A stretch of 63,685 bases of DNA, the filler included, from Globobulimina sp. (taxonomy: Eukaryota): assembly GCA_003354225.1 (NCBI GenBank). It is 20 parts of 20 records of this genome, joined end to end, with 100 filler letters (N's around TTAATTAATTAA, not from the genome) between each part and the next. Parts side by side here need not be neighbours in the genome. Positions count along the whole stretch, not along the records: positions 47,856 to 50,942 come from PIVH01003764.1; positions 51,043 to 54,129 come from PIVH01003765.1; positions 54,230 to 57,315 come from PIVH01003766.1; positions 57,416 to 60,500 come from PIVH01003767.1; positions 60,601 to 63,685 come from PIVH01003768.1; 15 more parts are not named here. One strand, given 5' to 3'. The notes under the pieces are model-generated. The model was not told the DNA's origin. It worked only from the letters and a program-made list of their open reading frames with translations, and did no database searches. This document shows positions 49,274 to 61,595 of this stretch, piece by piece. The position numbers were made by a program, and so were the translations under genes. The number at the start of each line of letters is the position of its first letter. The first letter of the stretch is position 1.

Positions 49274-50479
49274 ATGTTAGGAAGAAAGAGGAAATTCGAG
49301 GAATTGTATGACAGCAAAGATGGTTCTCTTCCAACCAAAAAGCACAAAAAAAATGACTCGTCGATATCATCATTTACGAGCTTACCCATTAAAAGAACAT
49401 TTGCCAGAAACAGGAGAAACAAAACGAAAACAAAACATCTCCACAAATCTGTACACGTAAAAGAAAGCATATCGGAATCAGATAATGATTCAGATTTTGA
49501 TCCAAAACTGAAAAAAAGCAAAAAAATAACTTGTAAGCAAAACAATTCAAACAAAAAATTGCAATCAACATTAGATTTCCCGGTAATTAAAGCATGTTCC
49601 AATATTAATAAAAATAAATTTAACAAATGTGGACCCTCAAAATGCAGTGATTGTGGAATGTTATATTATATTGGTGCTGATGAGGATGATTCATTGCATT
49701 CTAAATTCCATAAAAAAGTTATGGACAAATTTGAAAATGGGTATAAACCATTATTATTATCAAGATTTTCTGTTTGGAATTTACAACAAATTGCGAAAAA
49801 CGCACCATATTTCATTCAAAATGAAAGGAAAAATAAAAATAAAAATTATAAACAAATGAAACTTATATCCCATGGCCGTGTTACTGTTGATTCTGATGTC
49901 GATGTTGATGTTAAAAATAGAAATGATTTGATTTTATGCATAAAATATGAGGACTTTATTGAATTAAAGAAAAAGAATGGAGATATTTTGAGTTGCGTGG
50001 ATATGATGGATAGGCAGTTGGGGTATTTTACAACGAAACAATTGGAAAATACTAGTATTCAAAATAATGGATATTCGAATGATTTAAATAAGGAAAAGGA
50101 GATTGTACATTCTTTAGACAAAAATCAAAGTTTATATTGTTTTGTGGAGAGAACTGGACACAAAATTGTAGCGTGTATTGTTTGTGAAGCGCGTGAATTT
50201 GCATATAAAATTAAAATAAAATCCAACGATAATGCCGTTACCAGCAATGTTGAACGAACTGATGTAAAAGAAAAATGTTATGTTGGTATTATTAAAATAT
50301 GGGTACATCATCAATATCGAAGGAAATGTATTGCGTCGTTATTGTTGGATTGTGTACGGAGACATTTTATTTATGGCACACACATTCATAAAAAATATAT
50401 TGCATTCTGTCAACCTACGCGAATGGGACAGCAGTTTGCGCGGAAATATTGTGAAACAAACCATATTTTGGTTTACTAA
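49274..50479 (+). CDS. ECO1: Cohesin acetyltransferase Eco1/ESCO
   Basis: PIP-box QSTLDF, zinc finger CSDCGMLY...HSKFH, and GIIKIWV...RRKCIA...IAFCQPT. Confidence 0.93.
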   Translation: MLGRKRKFEELYDSKDGSLPTKKHKKNDSSISSFTSLPIKRTFARNRRNKTKTKHLHKSVHVKESISESDNDSDFDPKLKKSKKITCKQNNSNKKLQSTLDFPVIKACSNINKNKFNKCGPSKCSDCGMLYYIGADEDDSLHSKFHKKVMDKFENGYKPLLLSRFSVWNLQQIAKNAPYFIQNERKNKNKNYKQMKLISHGRVTVDSDVDVDVKNRNDLILCIKYEDFIELKKKNGDILSCVDMMDRQLGYFTTKQLENTSIQNNGYSNDLNKEKEIVHSLDKNQSLYCFVERTGHKIVACIVCEAREFAYKIKIKSNDNAVTSNVERTDVKEKCYVGIIKIWVHHQYRRKCIASLLLDCVRRHFIYGTHIHKKYIAFCQPTRMGQQFARKYCETNHILVY

Positions 50480-51042
50480 ATTAATTTAACGTATATTTAA
50501 TTTTTTCATTACGCGGCATATATCGGCATCATCGAAAAGCAAATAAGTACTAAAAGTGTCATTTTGTTTACCGAACATAGCAACAAGACTGAAAATGTAA
50601 CGTTGTGCCCTTTGTCAATTTATAAAAAGACTTATATACATAAATAACATAAATAACCATGAACAATGAAAACCACCTTTTTGTGGTAAACTGACAACTA
50701 AGACTGTTTTCTACTTTAATTTAACATTTACTAGCTAGTCATTGTCCACCTAGACTCCACTGTATACCATAAATGGTGCGTCGACCCCGATCTTATCTGG
50801 TCCTTCCGACTGAACTTCGATCAAAAAAAAGAAAAGCGGTAGCAAGAGAATAGGAAAAATGGTCAATCAATGATAATTATGGAAACGTTATTACATTGAC
50901 ACATTCGGACATTAAACATTTTTCAAAACAGAAGAGAGTGAANNNNNNNNNNNNNNNNNNNNNNNNNNNNNNNNNNNNNNNNNNNNTTAATTAATTAANN
51001 NNNNNNNNNNNNNNNNNNNNNNNNNNNNNNNNNNNNNNNNNN

Positions 51043-51817
51043 TGGATTGCGCGTCGATTATACCCGTGACCAATATGGATATTATTTAAATGCATGGATC
51101 CGTGATGAAGTGGATATTATTAACACAACGTCACACGCAATAACATTTGACTCCCATTTAATAATATGTGTAACAGGAACTTCTGCAGTTGTTTCAACCA
51201 CACAAAACAAATTGTTTCTGTTTGGTGGACTTACATGGAAATCTGAAGGATTTTCTCCCATTTATGCAAATCAATATGCATTGTTACCGACAACTGCCCC
51301 TTCTTTATTCCCAACAAATTATCCAACATTGGAGCCAACATTGGAGCCAACATCAGAACCAACAACTGTTCGTTCTCTATTTCTAACGGATTATCCAACA
51401 TTAGAACCAACATACACAAAACCAACAAATTTAACTTCATCAACATTGACTATCATGACAGCGGAAACAATGGAGACTTCCATGATACTAACTAGCATTT
51501 TTCAAATAGAAAAGCGTAACCCGTTGCGATATGTTATTGTAGCGTTATTGCTAATATTATTCGTTATTATTGTAATAGTTAGTTTTTATTGCTGTAAATC
51601 TAAACAAATCTGTGAACAGAAACTCTATGAAGTCAATATTGATTTGCAAAGAATGAGAATGCATCCAAATACTGATAGAAAGATCAGGAATTCAAATGTT
51701 TTCAAAAAATATACCAAATTAAATGAACAAATAGAACTTAGAGAAGGTCACACTATAAACAACTCACAAACTGGTACATTGAATGGAGAATTGCCAATAC
51801 AAAATGTATTTGAATGA
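51043..51817 (+). CDS. Type I membrane protein with Kelch-like end and PT-repeat stalk, 5'-partial
   Basis: LFLFGG, PTLEPTLEPTSEPT repeats, and a single TM followed by a cytosolic tail. Confidence 0.6.
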
Positions 51818-52069
51818 ACGAACCTGATTGTATATTGATTGTCTTCTAACAATCAAAAACGTTTCAGTGATCTTAAACGCATCTGCGCAATGAAAACGAT
51901 GTATATCCAGTATGAGGACCATGCATTTCATATTGTAAATCTTGAGCAACAGGATCAGTAAATTTCTCTTTCCATGTCTCAATATCACCACTTCTTAATG
52001 AATAGATGCCAGAAGTTGCAGTGAAACTTTTTCATGTACCTGTACACTATAGCTAGTTGTCAGGGGAGC

Positions 52070-52827
52070 ATGTTCAATTTGTTGATAGCTTTGTTTTTAA
52101 TATGGATAAATCATTGCCTTTGTCAAGTAAAATATGTGCCATTATGCACTCAAAACAAGACTATTGAATTAAATGATTTTACACTAGGAACTGGTATTGG
52201 TAAACCAACATATGATACGAACGTCAATTTATGTTATATTGATACTCCATTATTAGCGCTATTGGTACGTTATAATATGATGGATAAAGATGCATCATCT
52301 CCATACACTCAATGTAATCAAGACTTATATAAAGCGGATGCTGTAGAGATGTTTATTGCAACCTCATTCGAGTCACCATATCATGAACGATATATTGAAA
52401 TTGAATTAAACCCAAACGGTACAGTATATGATGTATATCTTTATATTTGTATTGAAAAGCATTGTAATTATAAGGTGCGTTATTTTTATCATTGATTACA
52501 AACACTTGTGATGATTGCAATTGTATTACTGGAGATCCACAACAATGTTCCAATACTCATGCTGTACAATTTTACAATGCATCAGTTTCACGAAATGGTG
52601 ATGTGTGGACAACAGAGATTCAAATCTCATTGGATTGGATTGCAAGTTTAACATCAAATGGACAAAATGCACAACAATTCCAAGCAAATTTTTTTAGAGT
52701 TGATGATTTATCCGGATCCACAGGACAACAGTTATCTGCATATAACCCAACTGATAAAAATCCTGCATGCTTTCATGTGCCATCTAAATTTGTATCTTTT
52801 CACTTATCAAATGTTAATAAACTATGA
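52070..52827 (+). CDS. Secreted CBM9-like (DOMON-like) carbohydrate-binding protein
   Basis: Signal peptide, DAVEMFI, YIEIELNPNG, WTTEIQI, ANFFR and FHVPSKF. Intron 52419-52474. Confidence 0.78.
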
Positions 52828-52873
52828 CATCGCCAGACTTTGTACAAGTTAATCTTTTATAGATCGGACTTTT

Positions 52874-54078
52874 TTAATTAACAACATTGAGTAAATATTG
52901 CTGCAAAGATTTGGCAGTACTTATCATATTTGATGCGAGTCTATTTTCAACAGTTAAGAAATAATCAAATGTGGCCGTGTATAACGTGCGTATATTTTGA
53001 ATGGATTCCTTAAATTGTGGTCCATTATTTGGATTAAATTGAACAAAACAATCAATAGAATTATCAACAGTCGGATCACCATATATTTCAACGCAAAGTG
53101 AATATTTGCTATGAGCAACACCGCCAACATAATCCATAATGGTGCCATCCGCGCCATAATCATTATATTTCCATGCAATTCCACTGTTTTTAAACCATCC
53201 ATTACTCTGTTTTTCAATATATTGAACCAGATTTAATTCTTCTTCAGTTTCTGGCCTTTTCCTTTTGGTTTTCCGTGATTCCGTATCAACGAATGGCACA
53301 AATATTTGTTGTGTCCCACTATGTATATCCAATACAATCGAATAGTTGTATTTGTTTAATAAATCATAAATATATTTTGCTTCTGGTTCACTAAATGCTT
53401 TCTCGCCATGCCATTCCTCCGTACCTTTTTTATGTGTACTTCCGCGTTTTCCCGCAAAAACCCAATCAAAGTTTCTGTTTAAATCCACGCGATGTTGTTT
53501 GCTATTCCATCGCCAACAATAATTCCCTGTCTCTTCCAATGCTATTTTTCCATCGGGATTAAGCATTGGAATTATATCAATCTCAAAATGTTGTAAAACC
53601 CGCTTAAAATATTCAGATTCAGCTGATGGCGCTGATACGTATGCTAATAAAATATTGCTTATTAAATCAATCATTGATTCAGACACTATGAATTCACGCG
53701 GATGTTCGCCAAAAATCATTAATATTTTTGTTTTTTTATCGTTTGGAATTGATTTATCTGTTAATATTATCCGATGCAATGCATTATTATCGACAGATTT
53801 ATATTCTTCGGATATTGATAGTATAGGAAACCACGGCGATAATGAAGACTGAGACAATTTTATTAAATAATTTATTTCTTGCATATATTGTGTGTAGTTA
53901 TGATATGATATAAATGGATCTAAATTATCCAATAAATATGCATGTAATGCAATGTTATTTTGTGCTATTGATGGATCAGATAATATGCGGACAAATGGTT
54001 CAAATATTGATCTTGTGGATGCATAATTTGGTCTATAAAAAGGATATTTACGTTTGGTGTTTAATATTCTTGCATTAT
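52874..54078 (-). CDS. Zinc carboxypeptidase (M14), 5'-partial
   Basis: HPRE, NPDG, DLNRNF, SEPE, DIHS and catalytic VE. The frame is open upstream of the track start to an AG at 54079-54080. Confidence 0.92.
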
Positions 54079-54229
54079 CTGAATATTATTAATGACATAA
54101 TTTCACAAACAAAACAATATATTGATCATNNNNNNNNNNNNNNNNNNNNNNNNNNNNNNNNNNNNNNNNNNNNTTAATTAATTAANNNNNNNNNNNNNNN
54201 NNNNNNNNNNNNNNNNNNNNNNNNNNNNN

Positions 54230-54809
54230 CTTCCGGTTGACCGCCTTTTGGTGTTTGCCGGCGCTGTGGTTGTTGTTCTGGGGGTTGTTGCGGTTGTTGT
54301 GGTTGGTAATTATTTCTTTGATTATTGTTAAATCCACCAAAACCGCCTCCACCTCCACCACCACCAAATTGAGCACCTCCACCCTGCTGCGGTGGTTGCT
54401 GTGGCTGTTGCTGTTGCTGTTGCTGTTGATTATAATTTCTATTATAACCTCCTCCTCCTCCTCCCATATCTCCTCCGCCTCCGTAATTGTTAAAACCTCC
54501 GCCTCCTCCTTGTGGTTGGTTAAAATTGTTGAAATTATTCTGTTGCTGTCTTTTTTGTCCAATAACGTTGGAGCCGTTGGGTCCAGTGACATTGATGGCT
54601 TTTCTTCGTCCATCGTCTTGGACAACGATCTCAAACTCAACAGATTCTCCCTCTGCTAATGATTTGAAACCTTGTGCCCGTATCTCCGAGTAATGAACAA
54701 ATACATCACCTGAGCCATCGTCGACGGTAATAAAGCCAAATCCTTTGAGGGTATCGAATTTTTTGCACGTTCCTTTGCAGACTTGGGACTGATTCATTGC
54801 TTGAGCCAT
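54230..54809 (-). CDS. Cold-shock domain protein with Gly/Gln/Asn-rich tail, 3'-partial
   Basis: KGFGFI (RNP1), DVFVHYS (RNP2), GFKSLAEGE and NVTGP. The usual K-W-F reads K-K-F. Confidence 0.93.
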
Positions 54810-54951
54810 TGTTATCGCTAAGTTAACACGAGTTGTTGGGGAAGTTACTAGTCAGCAAAATAAGAAAAACAGTTATTTTGGTAATTAATAGTTTAAGTCA
54901 ACTACAACAACAAAAAAAATAGTAACTTCAAAAAATAAACATACAAAACAT

Positions 54952-56613
54952 TCAAAAGACAACCATAAATATGCCATCATCAGCAGTATAAAATACTTTA
55001 TTCGAATTCTTGGCTTTTTTAATAATATATGGATATCCTGGAATAAATGTACCAGCAATATTTGAAATTGTCGCAATCTTCTTTCCATTTTTAGCATTCC
55101 ATACATTTAATTTCCTGTCGGTCGCCATGCTCAACACCACGCCATCCATATATTCCATGGCTAAAATAAATCCATTATGTCCTCGTAAACTATATAACTC
55201 TTTCACATGTTTCGCATTCTCCGCATTCTCATTTGTTTCCTGTGCTGGATTTGTATGAATATTTACATTCTCATTCTGCGCATTCTCTAACTGTTCATCA
55301 TCATTTTGTAATATATCAATGCCATGATTATGATCTCCAGATTGAGTCTCCACAGAACCATCATACGACAATCCATGCGATAATGTCAGCGCATCAATGA
55401 ATGAATTAGCTTTACCTTTATTTTTAACAGTTTTGCTCTTACTTTTATTGATTTTATTAGTTATATTTCTATGATAGTCACAGCCATATTGCATAATATT
55501 AAAATCTGGCACAATTTGTAATATTTTTATCACATTTAACTGTGTTACGAATGCCATATTCGTGGATATATTATCCATATAAAAATATGCAGATTTGAAT
55601 GACAGAGGTTCAAAATAATCCAAATCATGGATGGGGTTAAAATTTGACAACGATCGAACTTCAATTTTTAACAATGTCGATTGTAAACGTTTCCTTTTCT
55701 TATTCCTATATTCATTCAACCATTTCTTCAATTTGTTATCTTCATTTTTAGTGTTTGTCATTGCTTTTTCTTGCTTATTTTTATGCAAATTCTCAGCTTT
55801 CACATAGAAATTATATTTTGTTTTAAGTGTCTGCCAAATAACAAAATTCTTGTTCACTGTCAATATATTTGTTTTTGTGGGGATACGATTGTTTTGTGCG
55901 AGTTGAATGGTTTGTTTTTTATGTGTTTTTAAATCGATTTTAAGCAATGAACTGAAGGAACGACAAAAAACATGAATAATATGTTCAAACTGTGTGGAAT
56001 AAAACATGTGCGGACTGGTAAAGGGTGAATATGTAAAAATGTCATTGATGCCTAATTTCCAATGGTTTATGGTGGATTTATCATAGTTTATAAAGGAACA
56101 TATCCGGCGATACCCGACCATGCAAATTATATGGTTTTCATAGCAATAAATATGTCGAATGCCATCTTCTTCGCATAATATTAAGTTCCGACATTCATAA
56201 ATGTTTTTGGTATGCTTTTTCTTTTCAACTGTCGGTATTTTCCACGCATTTAATGTCCCAGAACATTGCCCAGCTAATAACCACCCATTCCGCTCATCGA
56301 TTTCTATGCAGGTTATAAAGTTTCCTTTTTGGTTTGGTGCAATGCATGCAATATATGGGGAGGACAATGTACATTTGAATTCGTTTGCGTTGTTACTTTG
56401 GGAGTTTGTGGTTGGTGATGGAAGTGTAACCGATGTTTGCTGGATATTTGCTGGATATTCGTGATTGTGATTGTGATCAGATTTTGAGGATGGGGATTTG
56501 GGCGAAGATCTTGTTGTTTCCACTGCATTGTTAATTAATGACATTTTCAACGCTTTTTTGCTTGATTTGTCGGTGCGGCCCGTGCGGGAGTTTGGTACTA
56601 ACATTGGTACCAC
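54952..56613 (-). CDS. WD40-repeat-like protein
   Basis: ITCIEID...LLAGQCSGTLNAW and LRGHNGFI...SMATDRKLNVWN. Start uncertain. Confidence 0.65.
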   Translation of the reverse strand: MVPMLVPNSRTGRTDKSSKKALKMSLINNAVETTRSSPKSPSSKSDHNHNHEYPANIQQTSVTLPSPTTNSQSNNANEFKCTLSSPYIACIAPNQKGNFITCIEIDERNGWLLAGQCSGTLNAWKIPTVEKKKHTKNIYECRNLILCEEDGIRHIYCYENHIICMVGYRRICSFINYDKSTINHWKLGINDIFTYSPFTSPHMFYSTQFEHIIHVFCRSFSSLLKIDLKTHKKQTIQLAQNNRIPTKTNILTVNKNFVIWQTLKTKYNFYVKAENLHKNKQEKAMTNTKNEDNKLKKWLNEYRNKKRKRLQSTLLKIEVRSLSNFNPIHDLDYFEPLSFKSAYFYMDNISTNMAFVTQLNVIKILQIVPDFNIMQYGCDYHRNITNKINKSKSKTVKNKGKANSFIDALTLSHGLSYDGSVETQSGDHNHGIDILQNDDEQLENAQNENVNIHTNPAQETNENAENAKHVKELYSLRGHNGFILAMEYMDGVVLSMATDRKLNVWNAKNGKKIATISNIAGTFIPGYPYIIKKAKNSNKVFYTADDGIFMVVF

Positions 56614-56746
56614 AGAAGCAGAATTAATATGTTTCTATATAGTACTCTATCTAAGTACCAACGGAGACATGGAATAAAAATGAAAATAAAAAAAAAGAGG
56701 CGAAAACTTTGTGGAGTTAAAGTTATTTTGATGAAAAAAACAGATC

Positions 56747-56980
56747 ATGTCTCCGCCAGTGACAAACACAAGAGATAAAAAGGAAACATCACCATCACCA
56801 TCGCCATTATGGAAACTAGTTCTGGTAATCGCTGCGGTTCAAATTTTTCTATGTTGTGTATGGTTTGCTGTATCAGCAATTGAGTTTCATTTACAAAGCA
56901 CGGAACAAAGTTTAAATTACAAATATGTATCATCTATTTTTGATGGATTGTGGAATTTGAGTGATATTCAATATCCATAG
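56747..56980 (+). CDS. Small single-TM hypothetical protein
   Basis: 77-aa ATG ORF with one hydrophobic segment. Confidence 0.3.
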   Translation: MSPPVTNTRDKKETSPSPSPLWKLVLVIAAVQIFLCCVWFAVSAIEFHLQSTEQSLNYKYVSSIFDGLWNLSDIQYP

Positions 56981-57415
56981 AGGGAACACTATTTTGTTTG
57001 TGAGGAAAAACAAATGAAATCATTAACATTAATAACATATAAAATTTAGTTGTGGTCTTTCGCTATCTTCAAAATTGTTTCATTGCTTATTTAATAATAC
57101 AATTAAGTTTGTTTAAATTTTTGTAACTCAAAATATTTTATTTTAAATAAATATTCAAACAAAATCTGCTCAAACACAAAAATATAAACACATATCAAAT
57201 TTCACTTTGTCTGTTTTGAGATAAGGATTTCATCAAAGCATCCAACCTTTTTCTGTTGCAAATTACAAAAATATTTATCAAATTAAAAAAAATAAAAATA
57301 ACATAACATATCATTNNNNNNNNNNNNNNNNNNNNNNNNNNNNNNNNNNNNNNNNNNNNTTAATTAATTAANNNNNNNNNNNNNNNNNNNNNNNNNNNNN
57401 NNNNNNNNNNNNNNN

Positions 57416-57712
57416 TGTATGAAATTTTTTTTTAAAGTTGTAAGCATTTAAGAAAAGACAGTATCGAGAGATGTGTCACAAGGAACGTAAAAGTTGTGAT
57501 GTTAAATCACTGTGGAGGGATCGTCTAAAAAAAATGTCAAAATTGAAAATGAAAAAACGGTAAAAACGAAAAATGTGGTGTATGAAAATTTTTTTTAAAA
57601 TTGTAAGCAAAGAAGAAAAGACAGTGGCAACAGATGTGTCACAAGGAACGTAAAATTTGTGATGTTAAAAGACTGTAAGGACATCATTTAAAATAAATGT
57701 CAAAATTGAAAA
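57416..57712. repeat. Diverged tandem repeat, period about 163 bp, at least 2 copies
   Basis: TGTATGAAA...AGATGTGTCACAAGGAACGTAAAA...AAATGTCAAAATTGAAAA starts at 57416 and 57579. The contig begins inside the array. Confidence 0.85.
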
Positions 57713-57758
57713 ACATGTTTTCTGAAAACTGTAAATATATCATCACTTCAGTGTCACC

Positions 57759-59076
57759 ATGGCAGAACAACTGACCAAAGACTCCAACGAGAAATTGACC
57801 AAACTCGAGGAGCAACTGAAGGAAATGAAACTGTGTTTGGAAGAATTTGAAAAAGACAACGAACGAATTAGGCAATATTATAAAGAAGCCAATAATAAAC
57901 TGCAGGATGAATTAAAAAAAAATAAAATGGACGAGATGGATCTTGCTTGCGAAATAAATGAAGCGAAGAATGCCCTGGACCAACTAAATAGAAAAAAGAA
58001 AATAGTAGGAGGGAATTTAGACCGGGTCAACGAATTGATAAATTTGAATAACGCAGCAAAGAATGAATCGCAAGTCCTGGAACATGAGAAAAGAAATGCA
58101 TATGTTACTAATATTGACGATATGCAATATCATTTGGATATGAGTAAGGCCAAAGACTTAGTTGGTACGCAGCAAATGAAAAAAACCGGTAAACGTGAAA
58201 CTCCCGGTGGAGACATAATAAATCGATGGCCACGAAATAATAACAATCCAAATGCGAATTTGCGCAATGATGAATTCAAACAACAGGTCAATGATAATTA
58301 CAGGCATCGCCCGACAGAACGCCCTATGCCACAAGTTAAGTTCAACCACACTGCACCTCTGTCCACTTTTCAAAATGAAATAACAGGTAAATAATAATGG
58401 AGGAATGAAACGCGTGGCCGATGACGGTGGAGGCAAACCAAATGCGAATTTGCGCAATGATGAGTTCAAACAACAGGTCAATGATAATTACAGGCATCGC
58501 CCGACAGAACGCCCTATGCCACAAGTTAAGCTCTACCACACTGCACCTCTGTCAACTTTTCAAAATGACATAACAGGTAAATAATAATGGAGGAATGAAT
58601 AGCAAGTCCAGCCTTAGTCGGCCACAAGTTAAGCTTTATTGTCGTTCGTCTAAGTCCACTTAACAATATAAAAACAGGTCCGTTGGATGGAGTCGCCCGA
58701 GGCCTTTGCATGGAATCAGAACGGTGGTCAACATCGCCCAGCCCGTACTTCCAAAAATTATGAGCCCTATGATAATTTAGGTCGTCGCAAAGGATGTATT
58801 GCGAGATGGCATAGAGGACGAACATTTGGATTCGTAAGAGATGAAGCGGGAATGGAAGCTTTTTTCACGTGGAATGCAATCACGCATGATTGGGACGATG
58901 ATAATGACCGTTGTTGCCGGCACGCATTCGTGGATACTAATGCATTTGTGAACGATCGGGTGACTTATGATTTGGTGAAACTAAAAATTGGGGATGGTAG
59001 AGCGGAGGCAGTAAAAATAAGGGGGTGGATGAAAGATTTTAAAAGAATTTGGTATTGTCGACAACACGGACCGTGA
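57759..59076 (+). CDS. Coiled-coil protein with internal repeat and divergent C-terminal cold-shock domain, 3 introns
   Basis: Phase-0 introns 58335-58386, 58525-58576 and 58628-58677 give one open frame ending in KGCIARW...TFGFV...EAFF...DRVTY...AEAVKI. Confidence 0.72.
58248..58677 (+). repeat. 190-bp-period exon+intron tandem duplication plus a diverged third unit
   Basis: Near-identical about 160-bp blocks start at 58248 and 58438. GCCACAA|GTTAAG...AACAG|GT occurs three times. Confidence 0.9.
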
Positions 59077-59150
59077 AAAAGTTTTTTGTCTTTTTTAGTG
59101 TAGCATCTAATTTATCTTCATTGTAATATTAATTTTATATAATTTTTTTT

Positions 59151-60008
59151 TTACGTTGAGCAACATACGTTACATTGACAATCAAATGCAAATCGACCAG
59201 CTAAAAAGGTATCACCATAATCGAATGTTAACTCTTCGCCTACTTGAATATCTCGTGCGGCACAAAAATGTACTGACGACATACCCATTTTGTTCACATA
59301 TTTCACGCAATTTAGATTTGGTGCACATGAATGATTTATAAATCTAGCAATATTACCTTTTATTTTACTATCAATCCAATGTCCGGTTCCTGCTTTTAAC
59401 ATGTACGAATTTAAATCGTTTGTTTGATGGAGCTTTTTCATCGCAGAGTTATATCCATCTTTATCTAAATTTTCACCCATATATTCGATTACATGCTGAT
59501 TGCGTAACATCGAAGTGCGAGCAAGAAATAATCCATATCCGCAGTTAGTTTTTTTTATAAGCATATTTTGCATTGTTTCTTCGTAGATTTCAAAACTTCC
59601 GATACAACAAACTCCAAAATTTTCACAGTTTAGTTGGTTACATTCATATCCGGATTGTATATTTAATTCGCAAAATCCCTTATCGAAAGAATCTGTATTC
59701 AAAAACAGATTATGTAAATGTGTCGTTTCGTAATATTGTTGACGTATTGCCTGGTATTGTGTATTTGGTAAATCGTTTAAGATTTTTTTTTGATTTTCTT
59801 GAATAATCTGTTGATTTATTGTAAAGTTGGACGAATATTTATCAGTAAATTTCAATGCATACAATTTCTGGTAATCAAGAAATGTAACGCCAGTCTTTAT
59901 ATATCTTTGAAACTCCCTCCACGCCGTACTGCATTTTTTTTTTTTGGTTAGCTCCAATCTGTTTTTATGACCAATGTTCTGCTTATTATTTCCAAGTGCG
60001 AAAGGCAT
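59151..60008 (-). CDS. SET-domain lysine methyltransferase (SET2/ASH1-like core)
   Basis: GYGLF, EYMGE, IDS...GNIARFINHSCAPN, ELTFDYG and post-SET CQCNVC. Confidence 0.92.
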   Translation of the reverse strand: MPFALGNNKQNIGHKNRLELTKKKKCSTAWREFQRYIKTGVTFLDYQKLYALKFTDKYSSNFTINQQIIQENQKKILNDLPNTQYQAIRQQYYETTHLHNLFLNTDSFDKGFCELNIQSGYECNQLNCENFGVCCIGSFEIYEETMQNMLIKKTNCGYGLFLARTSMLRNQHVIEYMGENLDKDGYNSAMKKLHQTNDLNSYMLKAGTGHWIDSKIKGNIARFINHSCAPNLNCVKYVNKMGMSSVHFCAARDIQVGEELTFDYGDTFLAGRFAFDCQCNVCCST

Positions 60009-60189
60009 CTTGTTTTAGGTCTTGTTTAAGCAGTGAAAAGTTTTTTACTAGAGAGCTTGCGAAAAAAGTGGACTTAGAAAAAAGAAATACATAAAGTGAG
60101 GTCGAAAAAACAAATTTATTAGAAAATAAACATGTAAAAAAAAATGACTTAAATAAAGGAACCCACCCTAAAAAAAAAAATATAAATCT

Positions 60190-60500
60190 TTAAATATCGT
60201 CAACTATCTTCCTTTTTTTTGAATCAGGTTCGTTTACATTTGATTCATCATTTGATCGTTTCCTTTTGCGGTCTTTTGCGTTTGAAATCGAATTATTTGC
60301 CAATAAGATGCTTGCATCATCATACTGTAAATTATTGACTTCAGCCGCTGCACTTTCTGAATTCGGCTGCACTTTTTCATTGTCGCAGCAGGCGGGTGTG
60401 GCGGGCATGATGTTAACATCTTGTACTAACTCTGATTCTTTCTCTTCCCTGTTGGCGGGAGCCGGAGGCTGATAAGCGCTAACATAGGCATCTAATTTTG
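60190..60500 (-). CDS. C-terminal fragment of a hypothetical nuclear protein
   Basis: Ends in bipartite NLS-like RKRKR...EPDSKKRKI. Confidence 0.4.
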
Positions 60501-61114
60501 NNNNNNNNNNNNNNNNNNNNNNNNNNNNNNNNNNNNNNNNNNNNTTAATTAATTAANNNNNNNNNNNNNNNNNNNNNNNNNNNNNNNNNNNNNNNNNNNN
60601 TGTTTTTTGTTTGAGTTTGTTTTTGTTTTGTTTTTATTTTCTGCGTCAAAAAGTTAACTTGAAAAACTGTTCCACAAAATCACTTCTTTGCACTTTGACA
60701 TAGCAAAAAACTCACAATTCTGTTCCGCAAAAAAGTGCACATTTTTTCACTAAAAATACAAATACCACAGTTTTCAGGATTTCTAGAATTATTCCAATTT
60801 CTACAATTATTCAGAATCCGAATAGGTAAACCCTTTTGAAAAATCGTGGAAATGGTTCAAATAAAAATGTGTATTTACCACAACCAGATGCAATATTAAA
60901 CATGTAATAGGTGGACAACAAAGTAGCACGGCGGGTCGATACAGTCATAGGCAAGAACCCAAGGAGGAAAAGCCCGGAGGTAAGAGGCTTAATTCCTGTG
61001 TTTGAAATTTTTGGACCTATAAGTTTTTGAGTTACTCAGAAGTTTTTGGGTATTTGTAAAAATGTTACATTCATGTACAAAATTCGTCTCTGAAATTCAT
61101 GTACAAAATTCTTG

Positions 61115-61213
61115 GAAAACGTTTCTGAAAATGTTCTGAAAAAACGTTACTGAAAATGTCGTGGAAAAATTTTACTAAAAATGTTTCTGAAAATGTTCCG
61201 GAAAAATGTTTCT
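61115..61213. repeat. Degenerate 12-14 bp minisatellite
   Basis: Repeated GAAAA(T/C)GTT(T/A)CT-like units. Short direct repeats nearby (TTCATGTACAAAATTC twice). Confidence 0.55.
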
Positions 61214-61595
61214 ATAATTCTCGGATTTATATTGATACTTCATATACAAATCATTAAGTAAATATACAAATCCTTAAGTGAGGAATATTTCGATCATATG
61301 AATCCTATATGTGATCGAGATCATATACGTACATCTTATCCGGAACACTACTGTATACAAAAAACTTTTTTCAACCCCCATTTGTATAATTGTCAAGAAA
61401 ATTTATGATTGATACGATGTTACAATACATTCACGATTTACAACTAATGATTGTGTTTGGAGATAGAGCATCAAGAATGCAATATTAAAATTGGTAAATA
61501 AGTTGTGGTTTAATATTAAGAATTTCAAAATGTTATATTGTAACAAAATAAATTATAAAATAACAACATAAATTATAAGCCCACAAAAACATTTG

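Noticed and set aside
50770-50830. GC-richer non-coding patch (also 60925-61000) considered as tRNA or 5S/snRNA
   Set aside because: No cloverleaf, T-loop GTTC context or known RNA motif could be built by eye. Infernal/tRNAscan would be needed.
57416-58677. Direct repeats as a possible CRISPR array or LTRs
   Set aside because: Units are 163-190 bp without unique spacers, there are no cas or gag/pol genes, and the second set is explained by exon-intron duplication.
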